A stretch of DNA of 64,000 nt, from assembly GCA_019058315.1 (NCBI GenBank), contig JAHPZH010000001.1, positions 407,536 through 471,535 of the forward strand, read 5' to 3'. This document shows, in pieces, positions 58,955-64,000 of the stretch (the stretch's first letter is position 1; every line of letters starts with the position of its first letter). The notes beneath the pieces are model-generated. The model searched no databases. It was given only the letters and a program-made list of their open reading frames with translations, and had not been told where the DNA came from. The stretch is from Candidatus Helarchaeota archaeon. GTDB taxonomy: Archaea; Asgardarchaeota; Lokiarchaeia; Helarchaeales; RDOG01. A program made the position numbers and the translations under genes.

Positions 58955-60391
58955 ATGGACCTTAAGGAAAAGTTAATGACAATTCCGGAGAAACCTGGCT
59001 GTTATTTTTTCAAAAATAATAATGATATCATATATATTGGAAAAGCTATATCATTGAAGAAACGAGTAAATTCTTATTTTAATATTCCACAATCTAGCTC
59101 TCCAAAACTTGAAGCTTTAGTATCAGAAATTACAGATATTGAGTGGAATATTACAAATTCCGAAATCGAAGCCCTTCTATTGGAATCACAATTAATAAAG
59201 CAACATCAACCTAAATATAACAAACGGGCTAAGGATGACAAAAGTTTTCCTTATGTTCATATTACTGATGAACCTTTTCCTAGAATTCTTATAAAAAGAT
59301 TAATTAAAAATGCTGATCGGAAACCTGGAAAATATTTTGGACCTTTTACTGATGTCAAAGCACTCCGTCAGACATTAAGATTTATATTCAAAACATTTCC
59401 CGCAGCAAATTGCTCAAAATCTGTCGATAAACAAAAAAGATTCTGTTTAAAATATCAATATCACTTATGTTCTGCACCATGTGTCAAAAAAATTAGTAAA
59501 AATGAGTATAATAATCGTATTAATCTAATTTGTAAACTCTTATCCGGTCAAAAAGAATCCCTATTAAAAGAATTATATACAGATATGGAAGCTGCTTCAA
59601 AAAATCTAGATTTTGAAAAAGCCGCAGAAATAAGGGATCAAATTTTCGCACTAGAGAAATCTATCAGAAATGTAGCAATTACTAGCACTGAATCAGATCT
59701 TGAAACAATTTCAGAAGGTGTAAAAGAATTAAAAAAATCATTGGATTTAGAAAAAAACCCATATAGAATAGCCGGCTTTGATATTTCTAACATTGGAGGA
59801 ACCCTTGCTACAGGTTCTCTCGTAATTTTCGAAAATGGGTTACCAAAAAAAGAAGATTATCGAAGATTTAGAATTAAACAAACTGGTCCTGATGACGTTG
59901 CTATGATAAAGGAACTGATTGATAGAAGATATAAACGTGTCTTGAATGAAAATCTACAGTTACCAGATCTAATTTTAATAGATGGCGGAAAAGGTCAAGT
60001 AAATGCAGCTTCAAGTATCTTAAAAAAATATGATTTAGAAATACCTGTAATAGGGTTGGCAAAAAAAGATGAATCTATATTTTTTCCTCAAAAATCAGAT
60101 CCACTGAATCTTTCAAGAAACTCAAAGGCATTATTTCTATTAGAACGAGTCAGAGATGAAGCACATAGGTTTGCTATCTCCTATCATAAGAAATTAAGAC
60201 AAAAAACTATTAAAAGATCAATTCTAGAAGATATTCCTGGGATTGGGAAAAAAATAAGTGAAAAATTAATAAATTATTTTGGGTCAGTTGAGAAAATTAA
60301 ACAAGCTTCATTAGAAGAATTAAAAACCGTTCCAAGGTTAAGTGATAAATTAGCAGAAAAAATATATAGTTATTTTCATAATTCTCTCTGA
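58955..60391 (+). CDS. uvrC: Excinuclease ABC subunit C (short form)
   Basis: PEKPGCY..IIYIGKA.SL..RV.SYF (GIY-YIG), FEKAA.IRD, FDISN, IDGGKGQ, RDEAHRFA, HhH. Confidence 0.95.
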   Translation: MDLKEKLMTIPEKPGCYFFKNNNDIIYIGKAISLKKRVNSYFNIPQSSSPKLEALVSEITDIEWNITNSEIEALLLESQLIKQHQPKYNKRAKDDKSFPYVHITDEPFPRILIKRLIKNADRKPGKYFGPFTDVKALRQTLRFIFKTFPAANCSKSVDKQKRFCLKYQYHLCSAPCVKKISKNEYNNRINLICKLLSGQKESLLKELYTDMEAASKNLDFEKAAEIRDQIFALEKSIRNVAITSTESDLETISEGVKELKKSLDLEKNPYRIAGFDISNIGGTLATGSLVIFENGLPKKEDYRRFRIKQTGPDDVAMIKELIDRRYKRVLNENLQLPDLILIDGGKGQVNAASSILKKYDLEIPVIGLAKKDESIFFPQKSDPLNLSRNSKALFLLERVRDEAHRFAISYHKKLRQKTIKRSILEDIPGIGKKISEKLINYFGSVEKIKQASLEELKTVPRLSDKLAEKIYSYFHNSL

Positions 60392-60429
60392 ATAATCTTT
60401 AAAAATTAATTTCAGCTTGGAGAATTTTT

Positions 60430-61218
60430 ATGCTCAACTATTATATGTCACGATATACCACAGATACTATCTATAACTTCGAATTTTTAGTTGTTATCAT
60501 AATATTTTTGGTTTTATTAATATTATGGAAAAAAACTGGAGAAAAAAATTCTCTAAAAGTATATATTTTAACAGGAATACTACATTCAATAATTGAATTA
60601 GTTGGTGAAGGTTCTGGAACCCGCGTAATTTCGACAACATATCTTTTTGGTATAATACAAATAGGATATCCATTTACAGCATTTATTTTAGGATTTTTTG
60701 AAGGTGGACTATTTTGTCTAATGGGATATCATGTTGTTCGAATATTAATGAATAAGGATGGTTTTTCATTAAAATTTACAGCAATTTTATCAATTATATT
60801 TCTCATATTTAGTACATTAGGGGCAATTAATGCAAGAATGTCGTTGAGATCCAATCCCTTTGCTATTATTATTACCAGAAGAGAAATTTTCTCCATTGGG
60901 GCAATAATTCTTTTAATAATCTCCTTCATTGTTTCATTTGGTTATTTTTTTCTAAAAAAGAATATCCCTTCTGGCCATAGAATTAGTCTAATATATTTTT
61001 ACTTAGGAGTGATCTTCTTTACAGCCGTATTAATAGTACCACTTCATGTAGGTGGTGTCCGTTTTATAGAAGTCTATCAAAATTTTGTTTTTATGCATGC
61101 AAGCTTCATCGAACAATTAATTGTCATGTATGGTTATAGTATAGTTCTAGAGGCGGCTGGATTTTTTTTACCGTTCTATGTAATTATCTATCATTTTAAT
61201 CTAATAGAATTAGAATAA
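60430..61218 (+). CDS. Polytopic membrane protein of unknown function
   Basis: About 7 hydrophobic segments. Confidence 0.7.
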   Translation: MLNYYMSRYTTDTIYNFEFLVVIIIFLVLLILWKKTGEKNSLKVYILTGILHSIIELVGEGSGTRVISTTYLFGIIQIGYPFTAFILGFFEGGLFCLMGYHVVRILMNKDGFSLKFTAILSIIFLIFSTLGAINARMSLRSNPFAIIITRREIFSIGAIILLIISFIVSFGYFFLKKNIPSGHRISLIYFYLGVIFFTAVLIVPLHVGGVRFIEVYQNFVFMHASFIEQLIVMYGYSIVLEAAGFFLPFYVIIYHFNLIELE

Positions 61219-61228
61219 TGAAAACAAG

Positions 61229-61864
61229 ATGGACCAAATTAAAAAAGAAATCAGATTCAAAATTCCCTTTTATGAGCAAGGATATAACGAATGTGGTCCA
61301 ATTTGCTTGAAAATGGTTCTTGAATATTTTGGAGAACATCATTCGGTATTGGAATTAAAAAATTTAGTTGAGAGTGATTCAACAGGAACCACATGGGCTA
61401 TTGGACTGGTAAAGGCAGCAGCTTCACTAGGATTTAAAGTGGACTTTTATACGACTTATTTGGGAGTTAATCCTGATAACTATAGCTTGATGTATTATGT
61501 TACACAAACAGATGGTTATAAGGAATCAAAGGTTAAAGTAAAAAAAATTATTGATATTATATCGAGAGATCCGAGAGTTACACTTATAGAAAAAGCTCTA
61601 ACACTTGAAGAAATTTTAAAAAAAATTAATGAGGATTGTACAGTGATTTCAGAAGTCAATTGGTGTTCAGTTATAAGGGAAAACGGATATCTCGGACATT
61701 TTATTGTGATTGTCGGATATGATAAAAAAAATGTTTATATCCATCAAATTCTGCCTGGAAACCCCCAACCTTATTTTCCAATAAAAAGAAATGTTTTTAA
61801 TAAAGCTCGGAATCAACTCGGAACAGATCAGAATTTAATTTTTATTTATAGAAAAGAAAAATGA
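61229..61864 (+). CDS. C39-like papain-fold cysteine peptidase, GUCD1-like
   Basis: Q...ECGPICLKMVL, GHFIVIVGYD, C-terminal F.KAR...GTD..LIFIY. Confidence 0.8.
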   Translation: MDQIKKEIRFKIPFYEQGYNECGPICLKMVLEYFGEHHSVLELKNLVESDSTGTTWAIGLVKAAASLGFKVDFYTTYLGVNPDNYSLMYYVTQTDGYKESKVKVKKIIDIISRDPRVTLIEKALTLEEILKKINEDCTVISEVNWCSVIRENGYLGHFIVIVGYDKKNVYIHQILPGNPQPYFPIKRNVFNKARNQLGTDQNLIFIYRKEK

Positions 61865-61890
61865 GTTACAGAAGATCTTGGTTTAAATAA

Positions 61891-62352
61891 TTAAATGATT
61901 AAATAATTATGTATTAGATCTTCAACTAATTTTTCTTCATAGTTTATACCAAAGTTAAATAAAAGAGCTAAACCTATTGCTATTAATATAAGAACAAATC
62001 CAGCCATTAAATCAATAATTCTATGCGTAGTATGTTCTATACCAATTATAAAAAATGCAATACTCATTAATAATAAGAAAATAGGTATTAAAATCTGTAA
62101 AGTTTTATACATAGAAGTTATCATCTTAATATAAATCGTTGTTTCCCCATTCCCTTCAAAACTGATGATTCCAGTTCTTTTAGCAGGAATTAAGGCTGGG
62201 TGTATATATAAATTCTTGTAAAAATTCTCAATTAAAAATTCAATTTGAGATTCACTCTCTTCCAATATGTAGAAATCTGAATTTTGGTCAAATAATTGAA
62301 TAATTTTTTCTTTACAATTTCTTACAGGTAATTCTATTTTTTTAGAACGCAA
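61891..62352 (-). CDS. Two-TM hypothetical protein, tandem paralog 1
   Basis: CKEKIIQLF, LIP.KRTG.ISFEG.GET, EEKL.ED.I shared with the neighbour. Confidence 0.7.
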   Translation of the reverse strand: MRSKKIELPVRNCKEKIIQLFDQNSDFYILEESESQIEFLIENFYKNLYIHPALIPAKRTGIISFEGNGETTIYIKMITSMYKTLQILIPIFLLLMSIAFFIIGIEHTTHRIIDLMAGFVLILIAIGLALLFNFGINYEEKLVEDLIHNYLII

Positions 62353-62401
62353 AATAATTTAACCTTTATTAATTATTAATCATTTTAAATTCTTCTTTTA
62401 A

Positions 62402-62890
62402 CTAATGTTCTGCTGTTAAAAAATCAAAAATTATATCCTCAATTAATTTCTCTTCACGTCTTATACCCCAGCTGAAGAAATAATAAAAACCTATTGCGGT
62501 TAATATAAATATCAACCCAGGAATTAAATTATGAAGAGCATGCATTTTATATTTTACAAGAGTAAAGATATATAAAAATATACCAAAACCACTCATTATT
62601 AAAAAGTTAATAGGAATTACTAACCTTAAAATATTATACATTGTGCTTTTTATTTTTATTTTAATTTGGGTTTCTCCATCCCCTTCAAAACTGATGGTTC
62701 CAGTTCTTTTAACAGGTATTAGTCCATAGGCTCGTTCTACATTTTTGATAAAATCCTTAATTAAAATTTTAAATTGAAAATTATTTTCTTCTGATATGTG
62801 AAAACCTGCTCTTTGGTTAAATAATTGAATAATTTTTTCCTTACAAATTTTTAATGGTAAAGATATTCTTATAGAACCCAAATAATTCAC
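62402..62890 (-). CDS. Two-TM hypothetical protein, tandem paralog 2
   Basis: Same motifs as 61891..62352. Confidence 0.7.
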   Translation of the reverse strand: MNYLGSIRISLPLKICKEKIIQLFNQRAGFHISEENNFQFKILIKDFIKNVERAYGLIPVKRTGTISFEGDGETQIKIKIKSTMYNILRLVIPINFLIMSGFGIFLYIFTLVKYKMHALHNLIPGLIFILTAIGFYYFFSWGIRREEKLIEDIIFDFLTAEH

Positions 62891-62903
62891 CCCTTATTAA
62901 TAA

Positions 62904-64000
62904 TTAGAATCCTCTTTCACGATATGCTTCTCTTTGGATAAGATAAAGCATAACGTTCCGAGTTCCACCACCAATTTCTAATAGAGGGGCATCTCTGGCA
63001 AAACGTTCCATAGGGTGTTCTTTGGTATATCCGATTCCACCCATTAATTGAATTCCTTCTTTAGCAATCCAATTTGCAGAGTGACAAGCATAATATTTCG
63101 CCATTGAAGCAATTTTTGTTGCTCGAATATTACTTATCCTATCAAGGGTTCTCGCAGCTTGGATTGTAAGTGCACGTGCTGCTTCTATTCTGGTAGCCAT
63201 ATCTGCAATTATAAAACTAACCCCTTCAAAGCCTCTTATTTCCCGGTCGAACTGAATTCTCTCTGTGCTATAACGTAATGCTGTTTCAAATGCGGCTTTA
63301 GCAACTCCCACTCCTTGTCCCGCAATAGCGACACGTTCAGAATTAAGTTCATCCATTAAGACTTTAAATCCATAATTTTCATCTGCAATCCTATTTTCAG
63401 CTGGTACAGCAACATTTTTAAATCGAAGATGGGAAATTCGGGTTCCATTTAATCCCATCAATTCATAATCTTTCTCAACAGTAAATCCTTTCATTCCTTT
63501 TTCTACAATAAAAGCTGTCATTCCAGTTTTTGGACGAGTTATTGGTAAGGGCGTCGTAATAGCGAATAAACAAATATAATCAGCCTGACTACCATTTGTA
63601 ATGAATCTTTTTTCACCATTAATAATATAATAATCTCCCTCTCTATGTGCTCTGGTCTTCATGCCCGCAGCATCTGAACCTACATCAGGTTCCGTAATTC
63701 CTATCGCCCCAATTTTCTCGCCTTTTATTAAGGGTGTAAGAAATTTTTCTTTCTGTTCATGCGTTCCAAATCGATTTAAAGGCATACCACAAAGATGAAC
63801 AGAAGCTAATCGAGATAGATCCAAAGCAAAATTTATTGCACTAAGTTCCTCGGCAATAATAGTATCCCCGATGACTCCAAATTCGGAACCTCCATATTCT
63901 TTCGGATGCAAGACCCGAAGAAAACCACGTTTTCCTAACTCACGGATAATATTTCTTATAGTATCATAAGATTTTGATTTCTCAATTTCGTTTACTTTAG
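62904..64000 (-). CDS. Acyl-CoA dehydrogenase (5' end outside window)
   Basis: ITEPDVGSD, INGEKRFITNG, ERIQF, Q.MGGIGY..E..MER..RD, IGGGT. Frame stays open from 63911 to the window edge. Confidence 0.93.
   Translation of the reverse strand, partial: KVNEIEKSKSYDTIRNIIRELGKRGFLRVLHPKEYGGSEFGVIGDTIIAEELSAINFALDLSRLASVHLCGMPLNRFGTHEQKEKFLTPLIKGEKIGAIGITEPDVGSDAAGMKTRAHREGDYYIINGEKRFITNGSQADYICLFAITTPLPITRPKTGMTAFIVEKGMKGFTVEKDYELMGLNGTRISHLRFKNVAVPAENRIADENYGFKVLMDELNSERVAIAGQGVGVAKAAFETALRYSTERIQFDREIRGFEGVSFIIADMATRIEAARALTIQAARTLDRISNIRATKIASMAKYYACHSANWIAKEGIQLMGGIGYTKEHPMERFARDAPLLEIGGGTRNVMLYLIQREAYRERGF

Noticed and set aside
58955-60391. Short UvrC as a pseudogene
   Set aside because: The GIY-YIG, UVR, RNase H-like and HhH domains are all intact in one frame; only the central linker region is shorter.
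975-60929. Many 60-103 aa ORFs overlapping larger genes (e.g. 975..1235, 6734..7021, 24543..24830, 41927..42238, 52074..52334, 54937..55173)
   Set aside because: They are antisense or alternate-frame shadows of well-supported genes, with no motifs of their own.

Overview
This is an AT-rich archaeal chromosomal segment, most likely from an Asgard archaeon. That assignment is inferred from a Rab-like small GTPase, a membrane-anchored longin-like domain, RING, PCI, LRR and TPR proteins, bacterial-type uvrA/B/C and archaeal C1 genes. The coenzyme M gene set would fit a Helarchaeales-like lineage, but no mcr/acr gene lies in the window. About 50 CDS are supported; I saw no rRNA, tRNA, CRISPR array or transposase. 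Main points: (1) A 1722-aa single-pass surface protein with a cytoplasmic longin-like domain sits next to an SDS22-type LRR protein, and the two share an unrecognised ~170-aa C-terminal helical domain (74/170 identical by ungapped hand alignment). This is a candidate receptor-adaptor system. (2) A CoM biosynthesis cluster (cysteate synthase, fused comDE, marker-16/ComF) has hdrC-hdrB-hdrA embedded in it, and the HdrA carries a cysteine-less MvhD-like tail. (3) A corrinoid protein plus MtaA-type methyltransferase lacks a substrate-specific MT1 partner. (4) A cysteine-less thiolase is paired with a DUF35 protein. (5) Several eukaryote-like architectures occur: HEAT-TPR-PCI-RING, a GUCD1-like C39 peptidase, and a propeptide-NIDO-TM-TPR receptor. 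(6) A DUF364 gene appears to start at CTG, and the ORF track truncates it. All family calls come from motif recognition by eye, not from database searches.
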